A DNA stretch of 64,000 nt from Planctomycetota bacterium (GTDB taxonomy: Bacteria; Planctomycetota; UBA1135; UBA2386), in assembly GCA_965228735.1 (NCBI GenBank), contig OZ245838.1, forward strand, positions 992,001-1,056,000, given 5' to 3'. The notes below the pieces were generated by a model. That model did no database searches. It was not told where the DNA came from and saw nothing but the letters and a program-made list of their open reading frames with translations. Below, in pieces: positions 27,718 to 38,085 of this stretch (position 1 is the first letter of the stretch; every line of letters starts with the position of its first letter). Both the position numbers and the translations under genes were made by a program.

Positions 27718-28878
27718 ATGCTGCAGACTCTCCCCGGTCTTCTTGCTCGTTCGTTGGCAACCCTGCTGGTCGTCATGGGGTTGCCGGCCCAAACGACGTG
27801 GATCGTCGACGGTGCGGGTGGACCCGGCAGCCACTTCACGACCATCAACGCCGGTGTTGCTGCAGCCAGTCCGGGCGATGTGGTCTCGGTGCGGCCCGGG
27901 ACCTACCTGGAGAGTGTCGACATCGACAAGGGCATTCGCCTCATCGGTTCGGTGAACGCGAGCATTTCCGCGGGAGTCCTGGCGCCGACCATCCGCGTGC
28001 ATGATGTGCCCGCGACCGAGTCGTGCGCGGTCGTTGGCTTCACGATCGGTTTGGCGGGCTCCAACTCGGCGCGGATGCAGTGCGCGGATTGTGACGGACT
28101 CGTGTTGTTCGAGCAGCTCACGGCGGCAGCGCCGACGGGGCAGGGGACCCCGACCCTGGGGCTGAGCGTCACGGATTCGCGGCAAGCCATCGTCGATCGG
28201 GTGTTCTTTCGCGGCGGTGTCATCGTGGAGCGCAGCACGGTGTCGATCACGGGTTCGGTGCTCGAGGCGCTCAATGCCGGCGGCCCCCTGCGCGTGACCG
28301 ATGGCGATGTGACCGTCGATGGCGCGACGATGTCGATGCAGGGGATCTTCTTGTTCGCCGCGCCGGCGTATCTCGACGGCGGCACGCTGCGCATCGCCCG
28401 TTCTTCGATCAGCAACAATGGGCACCCCGCTGCGCTGAACGCCATGAATGGCGTGGCGGCGTACGCCGAGTCGGGTGCGCTGACGATCGACAACCAGACC
28501 ACGTTGAACCCCGGCACGGGCTTCCCGCCGACCGGGAGCAGTCCCAACGGCACGATCACCCGACGCGATTTCGAAACGGCGCGGGTTCGATTCAGCCCGC
28601 TGTCGATCCAGTTCGACTATCGAGGTGAGCCGAGCGCATTCTTCGCCACGCTCTACTCCGCGCCCTCGCCAGGCCTGGCCTCACCGTTCGGGCACATCTG
28701 GGTCGACCCGTTCGCCTACTACGTGCTCGATGTCGGCCAGCTCGATTCGGCGGGGGAGCACACCCGCCAGTTGCCGTTGGTCGGGTTGCCGACCGGGCTG
28801 GTCGTCATGGCGCAACCGGTGTTCCTGACGACGGCCGGTGTCACGTTCGCCAACGCTTCGGCGTTCGTGGCGCGGTAG
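27718..28878 (+). CDS. Secreted protein, paralogue of 26439-27620, with shared C-terminal domain
   Basis: Signal peptide ending LPAQ; WIVDGAGGPGSHFTTINAGVAAASPGDVVSVRPGTY; tail GLVVMAQ...FANASAFVAR. Confidence 0.75.
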   Translation: MLQTLPGLLARSLATLLVVMGLPAQTTWIVDGAGGPGSHFTTINAGVAAASPGDVVSVRPGTYLESVDIDKGIRLIGSVNASISAGVLAPTIRVHDVPATESCAVVGFTIGLAGSNSARMQCADCDGLVLFEQLTAAAPTGQGTPTLGLSVTDSRQAIVDRVFFRGGVIVERSTVSITGSVLEALNAGGPLRVTDGDVTVDGATMSMQGIFLFAAPAYLDGGTLRIARSSISNNGHPAALNAMNGVAAYAESGALTIDNQTTLNPGTGFPPTGSSPNGTITRRDFETARVRFSPLSIQFDYRGEPSAFFATLYSAPSPGLASPFGHIWVDPFAYYVLDVGQLDSAGEHTRQLPLVGLPTGLVVMAQPVFLTTAGVTFANASAFVAR

Positions 28879-29042
28879 CCCGAGCGACGCTTGCGCACGA
28901 TCACTGACGTGAACGCAGCGACCCGCCCGACGTTGGTGAACCGGATACCAGTTGGCCGGCGACGTAGATTGGGCATCAAGCGTCGAGGCGAGGATCGGGT
29001 GGTTGTTCGGCCGGTTGACGGAAGGTCGCCAACCGGTGGGGA

Positions 29043-29071
29043 TTGACGGTTCGGGTTCAACGCCAGATAGT
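29043..29071 (+). promoter_or_regulatory. Putative sigma-70 promoter for the oxidase/FG-GAP pair
   Basis: TTGACG-N17-GATAGT, followed by SD AGGAGG ahead of ATG 29106. Confidence 0.5.
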
Positions 29072-29105
29072 TTCAACCGTCCACTACCGGTGACCAGGAG
29101 GTCCC

Positions 29106-31135
29106 ATGCGGCAGGTTCTGACGGTTCTTCGGTCCGTTCTTCTGTCCTGCGCGTTGTCGTCGGGAGCCAACGCACTTCTTGCCCAGGGACCGCCGCAGAT
29201 CGGCGGGAACTGGCTCGGCCCGTTCGCCCATGGAAGCCACCTGATGATGGGCAGCACCTGTCCGGCCAACCTGCCTCTGACGAATCCGCCGACCGAGAAC
29301 ACGAGTTCGGAAGTCCGGTTCTGGCCGATCCATGCCGCGGTGATTCCAGCCCCGTGAACACGTCGACGTCCCGAGTTCTGGTGTGGGACAAGAGCGGTGA
29401 CAACACGTGCAGTAACCCCGGCGGTGACCGCGAGCAGCGCTGGGCGGTCATCGATTGCACCACGCCAACGAGCCCGACCATCCTGAAGTCCTCGTGGCAG
29501 ATCCTGCAAGCCACCGAACAGCCGCCGGCGCCCTTGGCGGGACAGAATCCCGGCTGCGGGATCGCGGGGCACCAGGGTCTGTTCTGCGCTGGTCAGACCT
29601 GGTTGCCCGATGGTCGCCTCTTCGTCCTTGGCGGTGACTACTGGGCGGTAGCGACGTGCACTGGCGTCAACCGGCCAGCGGGTCCCTTCGACGCTACGAC
29701 CCCCTCGGTCATCACCCCGGTGTTCGCGGGGTCCTCGCTCGCGTGTGTCTTCGATCCGTCAGTGGCCCTCGCTCCGCAGCTCGGTCAGATGCGAACCACA
29801 GCCGGTGGTTCGTCGTGGCACACTCTCCCGCCGTCGCAACAGCTCAGGCACCCGCGTTGGTATCCCTCCGTGACCCTGCTGCCGCCGGTCGCGCCGGCTA
29901 CCAACGCACGGGTCGCCGTCAGCGGCGGGATCATGTTCTCCGACGCGGGCATCCTGCCGTTCGTGCCCGCTATCGGCGCGACTGTGACGGACCAGTCATA
30001 CGATAGCTACGAGTTCTATACCGTCGACACGAGTAACCCGACTGCTGTCGATCCGGTCAAGTTCTTCGACGCGTCGACCCCGACTCCTCTCGATGTGTTT
30101 CCGGCTCCGCTGACCGCCAACGCGGTGTTCGCGCCTGGGAACGGCTACCGGTTCTGGTTCTACCCCCGCATGCACTTCACGTCGGATCAGTCACTCGGCG
30201 GGACCACGCGCGGCCAGCTCTGGATGAGCGGACAGACCATCGAATCCTCGCGTCGCGACCTGTTCATGCTGCCGACCCCCAGCCCATGGCTGAACATCGG
30301 GCCGCAGTTCTCCGCCGGCAACAACACGCTCCTGGAGGAAAGCGTGTCGGTGCTTTTTCCCGGCATTGCTGGGCAACTCGCCGAGACCATCGTGCTGCTC
30401 GGCGGGATGGAGGGGAACCACAGTGGCAACATCGTAAACACGGTTCGGCTGCTCGACACGCGCGCCGTGAATCCGCAGTGGGTGCTTGGGCCGCCCATGA
30501 ACCACGCGCGCAAGTTCCACAATGCCGTCGTACTGCCCGACAGCTCGGTGTTCGTGGTCGGCGGTGGCCTCAATCCACAGCACGGCGGCACGGGCCAGGA
30601 AGTACACACACCCGAGGTGTTCTTCCAGGGCCAGTGGCACGAAGCGCCGCAACCACCGAATGGGACGGGCCTGAGCCATCCCGCACCGCGCACCTACCAC
30701 TCCCAGGCCGTGCTGTTGCCCGATGCTCGGGTGCTGGTTTCTGGCGGTGACACGTGCGGCGTCGGCAACGAGTACGAGATCTTCGAGCCGCACTACCTGT
30801 TCCAGGACAACGGAAGCCCGTCGGTGCGGCCGACGATCACTCAGGTTCCAAACTTGATCGGCTACGGCGCAGCCAACCAGTTCACAGTCAATCACAACCG
30901 AATGCCGATCGGCCTCGCCGTGACGTCCGCGGTGATCGTCTGGCCGGCTGCCCTGACCCACGGTCACGATTCGAACCAACGGCTCGTCGAACTGAGCGTC
31001 GTGTCGTCCACATCGACGTCCGTGACGTTGCAGCCACCGGCCAACAACACGCGGGCGATCGAAGGGCACTACATGTTGTTCTTGTTGTCCTCAGCCGGAG
31101 TCCCGTCGGTAGCGCGATGGGTGCGGCTACTATGA
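29106..31135 (+). pseudogene. Galactose/glyoxal oxidase-like copper radical oxidase (AA5, Kelch + DUF1929), split by a 1-nt frameshift near 29350 (pseudogene or sequencing error)
   Basis: Frame A (29106-29357): SD, signal peptide, GNWLGP, PIHAAVIP; frame B continues VNTSTSRVLVWD, LFCAG, RWYPS, RTYHS, LTHG, GHYMLFLLSSAGVPSVARWV. Confidence 0.85.
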
Positions 31136-32769
31136 CGCGCACGGTTGACTGGCTGTGCGCCTTGGCGTTGGTCGGTGCGGCGCCCGGTCAGCATGTGGTC
31201 TGGACCGTTGCAGGCACTTCCACCCACTTGTTCACGATATCAGAGCAGTGGGGCGAAGCCTGCGTGGCCATCGGTGACATCAACAGTGACGGCTTCGCCG
31301 ACATCGCGCTGGACTCCAGCTGGATCGCGCCGACCGGGGCGTCGAACTCGATATTCGTCATGTCGGGCGCGGACGGGACCCTGCTGCGTGAGGACTTGCG
31401 CATGGGCTCAAGCAACCTGCTGAGCGTCGCTCGGGCCGGGGACTGGGACAGCGACGGCGTTCGCGACTATGTTATCACGACGCAGGAGACCCACCCGTGC
31501 GCCTGCTCCTCCGCGACACTCACCAGTGGCGCCACCGGCACCCCACTGTTGCGAGTCCAACGGAACGGGTTTGCAGTCAGGGCCTTTGGTTACCGCGTCA
31601 ATGCCGAGTGCGACGTCGACGGCGATGGACAACTCGATCTGCTCGTGGCGAGTCTGGAGCAAGACCTGATGAGCAACATCGTCGGCGGGATCTACGCCTT
31701 CGATCACGCCGGTACGCTGCTGCACTACCGTCAGGGCGTCCTACCCGGCCGGATCGGCCGTTCTCTTGCCCGCTACGGCGACTTCGACGGCGACGGCTGC
31801 GATGACTTCCTGATGGGAACGACTCCGCACATCGGCGGCGTCGTCGAGCTCGTATCGGGTCGCACGTTCCAGGTGCTGCAGCAGTTTACCGGCACCGGCA
31901 TGGACTTTATCGGTCGCAGTGTGATCCGCACGGATGATCTCGACCAGGACGGCATCCCCGATGTCGCTACCGGTGGCGGCGCGCTCTATCAGCTTCCCGG
32001 CGTGGTCAAGGTGTTCAGTGCGGCAACCGGCGCGACCCTGCGCTCCTGGAGCCTACCCAGCACCGCCTTCGGTCGGTTTCTCGACGTCTCCGACGTCGAT
32101 CGGGACGGCGTGCTCGATTACCTGTCGTCGGGTGACGGATTGTATCCCGTCGGACTGCGCGTCTATTCCGGTCGTGATGGCAGCCAGATCCTGTTCTTCG
32201 AGCCGTTCAATCCAACCGGTGGCTCCAACCCGGCACCAGTCGTCGCCTTGCCGCCGGGGCCGCACGAGCTGTTCGGGCGCTTTCTCTACAACGCCCGAAC
32301 AGTGAATCTCTGGGGTGAGCACTTCCTGTTCTCGGAAGCCCCGGCCACAACCCAGTTCGTGGCGAGGGCATGCTCAGGAACGCTGCCTGCGCCGCCCGTC
32401 ATTGGGCTACGCGAACTCTACGACCAGAACAACCAGCGTGACGGCTTTCGGGTTCTGCTGTCGGGTGCGCCCGCCGGTGCCGCCGCATTCCTTGTCCTCG
32501 GCCTCACCGCGCCAGCCCGGCCATTCGTGAACCTCGGGGCGTTTGGTTTCCCTGGCTGCCGCCTAGTGCCCTGGCCCGACGAAGTGGGCTTATTGCTGAC
32601 CGGCAACGGCGGCCTCGATGCCGGCTTTGCCTACCACGAATTCGACCTCCCGCTCGTCGAGACGCCGACGATGGCGGGGCTCGATGTCTTCACGCAGTGG
32701 CTCGTGCTCGGAGCAGGCCCGGCGCTGTCAGGCGGAACCAGCGAGGCTCTGCGGATTCGCGTGCAGTAG
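31132..32769 (+). CDS. Secreted FG-GAP/integrin-alpha-like repeat protein with shared C-terminal domain
   Basis: ATGA coupling; Ca-binding repeats GDINSDGFAD, GDWDSDGVRD, DVDGDGQLD, GDFDGDGCDD, DLDQDGIPD, DVDRDGVLD; tail GFPGC...GLDVFTQW...TSEALRIRVQ. Confidence 0.88.
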   Translation: MTRTVDWLCALALVGAAPGQHVVWTVAGTSTHLFTISEQWGEACVAIGDINSDGFADIALDSSWIAPTGASNSIFVMSGADGTLLREDLRMGSSNLLSVARAGDWDSDGVRDYVITTQETHPCACSSATLTSGATGTPLLRVQRNGFAVRAFGYRVNAECDVDGDGQLDLLVASLEQDLMSNIVGGIYAFDHAGTLLHYRQGVLPGRIGRSLARYGDFDGDGCDDFLMGTTPHIGGVVELVSGRTFQVLQQFTGTGMDFIGRSVIRTDDLDQDGIPDVATGGGALYQLPGVVKVFSAATGATLRSWSLPSTAFGRFLDVSDVDRDGVLDYLSSGDGLYPVGLRVYSGRDGSQILFFEPFNPTGGSNPAPVVALPPGPHELFGRFLYNARTVNLWGEHFLFSEAPATTQFVARACSGTLPAPPVIGLRELYDQNNQRDGFRVLLSGAPAGAAAFLVLGLTAPARPFVNLGAFGFPGCRLVPWPDEVGLLLTGNGGLDAGFAYHEFDLPLVETPTMAGLDVFTQWLVLGAGPALSGGTSEALRIRVQ

Positions 32770-32917
32770 ATCCGAGTTCGAGATTGGCCGACGCCGGTGC
32801 TGCGGATGCTGTCGATGTCCCCCTCAACGCATAGCCGCTACTGCATCGGAACGGTAACCGCAGGCACACACGATTCGCGCATGTGCGGTTGCGGTGTTCT
32901 CCGACTTTGAGGGTAAG

Positions 32918-33000
32918 TGCGGGGGGAGGGACTCGAACCCTCACGACCCGAAGGTCTGCGGCTTTTAAGGCCGCTGCGTCTGCCATTCCGCCACCCCCGC
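32918..33000 (-). tRNA. trnL: tRNA-Leu (anticodon TAA)
   Basis: Minus strand GCGGGGGTGGCGGAATGGCAGACG-CA-GCGGC-CTTAAAA-GCCGC, long variable arm, GGTTCGAGTCC T-loop, acceptor ...CCCCCGCA; CCA not encoded. Confidence 0.95.
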
Positions 33001-33057
33001 GTGTTCAGGGTGGCCGCAGCCGGCGGGCCAGCCTGCGCGTGCCGACCCGGAAGGAAG

Positions 33058-33131
33058 TGGAGGTCGCGCCCGGAATCGAACCGGGGTAGACGGATTTGCA
33101 ATCCGTTGCCTAACCACTTGGCTACGCGACC
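33058..33131 (-). tRNA. trnC: tRNA-Cys (anticodon GCA)
   Basis: Minus strand GGTCGCGTAGCCAAGTGGTTAGGC-A-ACGGA-TTGCAAA-TCCGT...GGTTCGATTCC...GCGACCTCCA. Confidence 0.96.
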
Positions 33132-33142
33132 TTGCGGCGAGA

Positions 33143-33170
33143 ACGGTAGCCCGCGGTGGGCGCGGATCAA
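33143..33170 (-). promoter_or_regulatory. Putative sigma-70 promoter of the tRNA-Cys/tRNA-Leu operon
   Basis: Minus strand TTGATC-N16-TACCGT ending 11 nt before the tRNA-Cys 5' end. Confidence 0.6.
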
Positions 33171-33295
33171 GGGCCTGTCCCTAGTCCTTGCCCCGGCCCG
33201 ACCGGCGCCATGCAAAAGCGCGGGACGTCGCGCGGGCGTTGCCGTATCGTGCGCGGTCCGACCCCTCGCCGCCATCCGGCGGCGCAAGAAGCCCA

Positions 33296-33538
33296 GTGAA
33301 GACCAAGAAGAACATCCACTTCGAGTTCGCGCAGGAAATGGTGCGCGAGCCGCTGCTCTACAAGATCAACCGCTCCTTCGACGTCGTCGTGAACATTCGC
33401 GGCGCGTCGGTCACCGATGAGGGGGGCTTCATGGCCCTCGAGCTCCAGGGTGAAGAGGACGAGGTCGAGCGCGTGATCGAGTTCTTGAAGGGGCAGAGCG
33501 TCAAGCTCGGGGAGGGGCTCGGGAGCTACGAACAATGA
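33296..33538 (+). CDS. Stand-alone NIL domain protein
   Basis: 80 aa, EPLLYKINRSFDVVVNIRGASV..GGFMALELQG pattern of NIL (MetN C-terminal-like) domains; coupled to ggt. Confidence 0.8.
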   Translation: MKTKKNIHFEFAQEMVREPLLYKINRSFDVVVNIRGASVTDEGGFMALELQGEEDEVERVIEFLKGQSVKLGEGLGSYEQ

Positions 33539-35241
33539 AGTTCGCGATCTTCGCCGTGCTCGCGCTCGGGTGGGGCCACGGGCCCGATTCCGGCCACGAT
33601 CCCGGCGCCCGCGCCGCGACCCCCAACGACATGGTCGCGCGCGGCAAGAACGGCGCGGTCGTCACGGCCGAGCCGCATGCGACGGCGGCCGGCCTGCGCA
33701 TCCTGCAGAACGGCGGCAACGCGGTCGACGCGGCGGTCGCGGTCGCGCTCGCGCTCGCCGTGACCCACCCGCAGGCCGGCAACCTCGGCGGCGGTGGCTT
33801 CATGCTCATCCGCATGGCGGACGGCCGGACCGCGGCGCTCGACTTCCGCGAACGGGCGCCCGCGTCCGCGACCGCGGACATGTACCTGCGCCCGGATGGC
33901 AGCGTCGACGCGGACAAGTGCAAGTGGGGGGCTGCGGCAGCCGGTGTCCCGGGCAGTCCGGCCGGGTTGCTGCTCGCGCTCGAGAAGTACGGCACGGCCT
34001 CGATCGCGCGGGTCGCGCGCCCGGCGATCCGCCTGGCGCGGGAAGGCATTCCCGTCAGCCAGTTCCTCGCCGGGGCGTTGCGCGGCAAGCGCGCGATCTT
34101 CGCGCGGTTCCCGTCGACGCAGAAGGTGTTCTGGCGCGACGGCGCGCCGCTGCAGCAGGGCGAGCTGCTCGTGCAGGAGGATCTCGCGGGCACGCTGGAA
34201 CGGTTCGCCAAGAAGGGCCTCGCAGGCTTCTACGGCGGCCAGACCGCGAAGCTCATCGCGGCCCAGATGCAGCGCGATGGCGGCTACGTGACCGAGCGCG
34301 ATCTCGCGGCCTACTCGGTTCGCGAACGCGAGGTGTTGCGCGGTGAGTATCGCGGGCACGAGGTGCTCAGCATGCCGCCGCCGTCATCGGGCGGCGTCGC
34401 CGTGCTGCAGATGCTCGGGATGCTGGCGCACCACGACCTGCGGGCGATGGGGTTCGGCAACAGCCGATCGATCCACCTGCTCACCGAGGTCATGCGCCGG
34501 GCCTACGCCGACCGGTCGCGCTGGCTCGGGGACCCGGACTTCTTCGACGTGCCGATCGCCGGGTTGATCGGCGCCGAGTATGCGAAGGAACGCGCGGCGA
34601 CGATCGATCTCGAGCAGGTCAGCGAAGTCGCGCCCGGCGCGCCGCCCGGCAAGGGTAGCGACGACACGACGCACTTCTCGGTCATCGACAAGGACGGCAA
34701 CGTCGTCTCGTGCACGACGACGATCAACAGCACGTTCGGGTCGGGTCTCGTCGTCGACGGCGCCGGGTTCATCCTCAACAACGAGATGGACGACTTCTCC
34801 GCGAAGCCGGGGGTGCCCAACCAGTTCGGGCTCGTCGGCGGCGAAGCCAACAAGATCGAACCCGGCAAGCGCATGCTGTCGTCGATGACGCCGACGATCG
34901 TGCTCGAGGACGGTCAGGTGCGGCTCGTGCTCGGCGCGCCGGGCGGCGGCCGGATCATCACCGCGGTGCTGCAGGTGCTGCTCAACGTCGTCGATCACGA
35001 GATGGGGCTCGAGCGCGCGGTGCGCGCGCCGCGGATCCATCACCAGTGGCTGCCCGACCGCATCACGTGGGAACCCTTTGCCCTGCCGGGTGATGTCCGC
35101 GAGGCACTCGCCAAGAAGGGGCACGAGTTCGCGGCGCGATCGACGAGCATCGGTCGGGTGCAGGCGATCGAGGTGCTCGCTGACGGCTCGCGCCGGGCCG
35201 TGTGCGATCACCGCAGCGGCGGTTCGGCTGCCGCCTATTGA
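33535..35241 (+). CDS. ggt: Gamma-glutamyltransferase
   Basis: GGNAVDAAVA, GNLGGGGF, DFRERAP, PPPSSGG, catalytic DTTHFS, LNNEMDDF, MLSSMTP. Confidence 0.97.
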   Translation: MKFAIFAVLALGWGHGPDSGHDPGARAATPNDMVARGKNGAVVTAEPHATAAGLRILQNGGNAVDAAVAVALALAVTHPQAGNLGGGGFMLIRMADGRTAALDFRERAPASATADMYLRPDGSVDADKCKWGAAAAGVPGSPAGLLLALEKYGTASIARVARPAIRLAREGIPVSQFLAGALRGKRAIFARFPSTQKVFWRDGAPLQQGELLVQEDLAGTLERFAKKGLAGFYGGQTAKLIAAQMQRDGGYVTERDLAAYSVREREVLRGEYRGHEVLSMPPPSSGGVAVLQMLGMLAHHDLRAMGFGNSRSIHLLTEVMRRAYADRSRWLGDPDFFDVPIAGLIGAEYAKERAATIDLEQVSEVAPGAPPGKGSDDTTHFSVIDKDGNVVSCTTTINSTFGSGLVVDGAGFILNNEMDDFSAKPGVPNQFGLVGGEANKIEPGKRMLSSMTPTIVLEDGQVRLVLGAPGGGRIITAVLQVLLNVVDHEMGLERAVRAPRIHHQWLPDRITWEPFALPGDVREALAKKGHEFAARSTSIGRVQAIEVLADGSRRAVCDHRSGGSAAAY

Positions 35242-35277
35242 GTTCGCCCGCGCCGTGCGGCAACCTCCCGAGAGCCC

Positions 35278-35958
<681 letters not shown>

Positions 35959-36032
35959 GGCCGCGGCTTCTGCTTGTGTGCCGCCTCGGCAAGCCGCTAA
36001 CCTTCCGGACGAACCGTTGACCCCCGCGACGA

Positions 36033-37007
36033 ATGAGTGACATGGCCTGGACTCGCTTCGGCAAGAAGAAAGACATGCCCGGTGGGCTGTGGATCAAGTG
36101 CGAGTCGTGCGGCGCGATGCTCTTCCGCAAGGAGTTCGAGCAGAAGCACCGCGTGTGCGGCAATTGCAGCCACCACTTCACGCTCAACGCGCGCGAGCGC
36201 ATCGCGCTGACGACGGACGCCGACTCGTTCGAGGAGCTGTGGAGCGACGTCAAGGCCTACGACATCCTCGGATTCGTCGACAAGATGCCCTACGGCGACA
36301 AGCTCAAGGCCACGGGCAAGAAGACCGGCGAGGCTGACGCCATCGTGACCGGCTTCGGCAAGATCAAGGGCATCGACTGCGGGCTCGGGGTGATGAACTT
36401 CGCGTTCCTCGGCGGGTCGATGGGCATGGTGGTCGGCGAGAAGATCGCGATGCTGTGCGAGGCCGCGGTCGAGCGCCAGGTGCCGGTCGTGCTGTTCGCC
36501 TGCTCCGGTGGCGCGCGCATGCACGAGGGCGCGGTGTCGCTGATGCAGATGGCCAAGACCTGCGGCGCGCTGACGCGGCTGGACAAGGCCGGGCTCGTGT
36601 CGATCTCCGTGCTCACGCACCCCACGACGGGTGGCGTCACGGCGTCGTTCGCCTCGGTGTGTGACCTCACGATCGCCGAGCCGGGCGCGCTCATCGGCTT
36701 CGCCGGCCCGCGCGTCATCGCGACGACGATCAAGAAGGAGCTGCCGAAGGGCTTCCAGCGCTCCGAGTTCCTGCTCGAGAAGGGGCAGATCGACCGGATC
36801 GTAGCGCGGTCGGAGCTGCGCGACGAACTCGGTCGCCTGCTCGCGTACGCGACGGGCGCCGATCCGGTCAAGGCGTTCCAGCCCGACGCGGTGGACGAGC
36901 CGGCGGACGACGCGGGCGAGGCCGAGGCCGAGCAGCCCGCGATGGCCGCGGCCGAGGGCAAGGCCGGCAAGCCGGCGCGCCGGAAGACCAAGAAGAAGAA
37001 AGAGTAG
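36033..37007 (+). CDS. accD: Acetyl-CoA carboxylase carboxyltransferase beta subunit
   Basis: Zn finger CESC/CGNC, FLGGSMG, SGGARMHEG, PTTGGVTASFA, GFAGPRVI. Confidence 0.97.
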   Translation: MSDMAWTRFGKKKDMPGGLWIKCESCGAMLFRKEFEQKHRVCGNCSHHFTLNARERIALTTDADSFEELWSDVKAYDILGFVDKMPYGDKLKATGKKTGEADAIVTGFGKIKGIDCGLGVMNFAFLGGSMGMVVGEKIAMLCEAAVERQVPVVLFACSGGARMHEGAVSLMQMAKTCGALTRLDKAGLVSISVLTHPTTGGVTASFASVCDLTIAEPGALIGFAGPRVIATTIKKELPKGFQRSEFLLEKGQIDRIVARSELRDELGRLLAYATGADPVKAFQPDAVDEPADDAGEAEAEQPAMAAAEGKAGKPARRKTKKKKE

Positions 37008-37035
37008 TCGGCTGCCGCACGACATCCGGAAGCCG

Positions 37036-38073
37036 ATGCGGCCCGTGCCGCGATCCGACGCGGCGGCGCGCATCCGCGGGCGCTACAAGGTCGAGCCCGA
37101 GGACTTCGTCGTCGAGGAGATCCCGTCGTACCTGCCGAGCGGGCAGGGTGACCACGTCTACCTGCGGATCGAGAAGCGCCTGCTGTCGACGATCGACCTG
37201 CTGAGCGAGCTCGGCGCCCAGCTCGACCGCGATGAACGCGCGTTCGGCATCGCCGGGCTCAAGGACGCCCGGGCGGTCTCGCAGCAGTGGGTGAGCATCG
37301 AGCACGTCGACGAGGCGCAGTGTCGCGAGCTCGGTTCCGAGCACTTCAAGGTGCTCGAGGTGAAGCGCCACGGCAACAAGCTGCGGCTCGGGCACCTGCG
37401 CGGCAATCGGTTCCGCATCACGCTGCGGGGAACGGCGCCCGGCGACGTCGAGCTCGCGCGCGCCGGGCTCGCGGAATGTGCCAGGCTCGGGGTCCCGAAC
37501 TACTTCGGCGAGCAACGCTTCGGCAAGCGCGGCGCCAACCTGCAGAAGGGCCTCGACGTGCTGACGGGCAATCCGCGCAAGTTCGCGCGCCGGATGCCAC
37601 GGCGGGTGTTCGGGCTCGTGGTGTCCGCGGTGCAGAGCGAGATCTTCAACCACGTCGTCGCGGCGCGTCGCCAGTCGCTGCACGAGCTCATGCCGGGGGA
37701 CCTCGCGTTCCTGCACGACAAGGGTGCCGTGTTTGCCGTGACCGACCCGGCCGCGGACCGCGAGCGCCTCGAGCGCGTGGCGATCTCGCCGTCGGGCCCG
37801 ATGCCGGGGCCGAAGATGACGTGGCCCGAGGGCGAGCCGCTCGCGATCGAGCGAGCGGCGCTGGCCGAGCTGGACCTCGATCCCGAGGCGTTCGCCGGCC
37901 TGCCCTACGGGATGGCGCGCGGCGAACGGCGCCCGCTGCGGGTGCCCGTCACGGAGCCCGATGTCGCCGCGGTCGAGGCCGGCCTGCAGGTGTCGTTCGG
38001 GTTGCCGCGCGGGGCCTATGCGACGTCGGTCCTGCGCGAATTGCTCGTCGACACCATCTGGTTCGCGCGCTGA
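37036..38073 (+). CDS. truD: tRNA pseudouridine(13) synthase
   Basis: EDFVVEEI, AGLKDARAVSQQW, GHLRGNRF, PNYFGEQRFG, FGLPRGAYATSVLREL. Confidence 0.96.
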   Translation: MRPVPRSDAAARIRGRYKVEPEDFVVEEIPSYLPSGQGDHVYLRIEKRLLSTIDLLSELGAQLDRDERAFGIAGLKDARAVSQQWVSIEHVDEAQCRELGSEHFKVLEVKRHGNKLRLGHLRGNRFRITLRGTAPGDVELARAGLAECARLGVPNYFGEQRFGKRGANLQKGLDVLTGNPRKFARRMPRRVFGLVVSAVQSEIFNHVVAARRQSLHELMPGDLAFLHDKGAVFAVTDPAADRERLERVAISPSGPMPGPKMTWPEGEPLAIERAALAELDLDPEAFAGLPYGMARGERRPLRVPVTEPDVAAVEAGLQVSFGLPRGAYATSVLRELLVDTIWFAR

Positions 38074-38085
38074 TTCAGCTGCGGG

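Noticed and set aside
28952..29353. ORF-track N-terminal extension of the oxidase from TTG 28952
   Set aside because: Sequence is not protein-like; promoter, SD, signal peptide and the PIH motif all lie in the 29106 frame.
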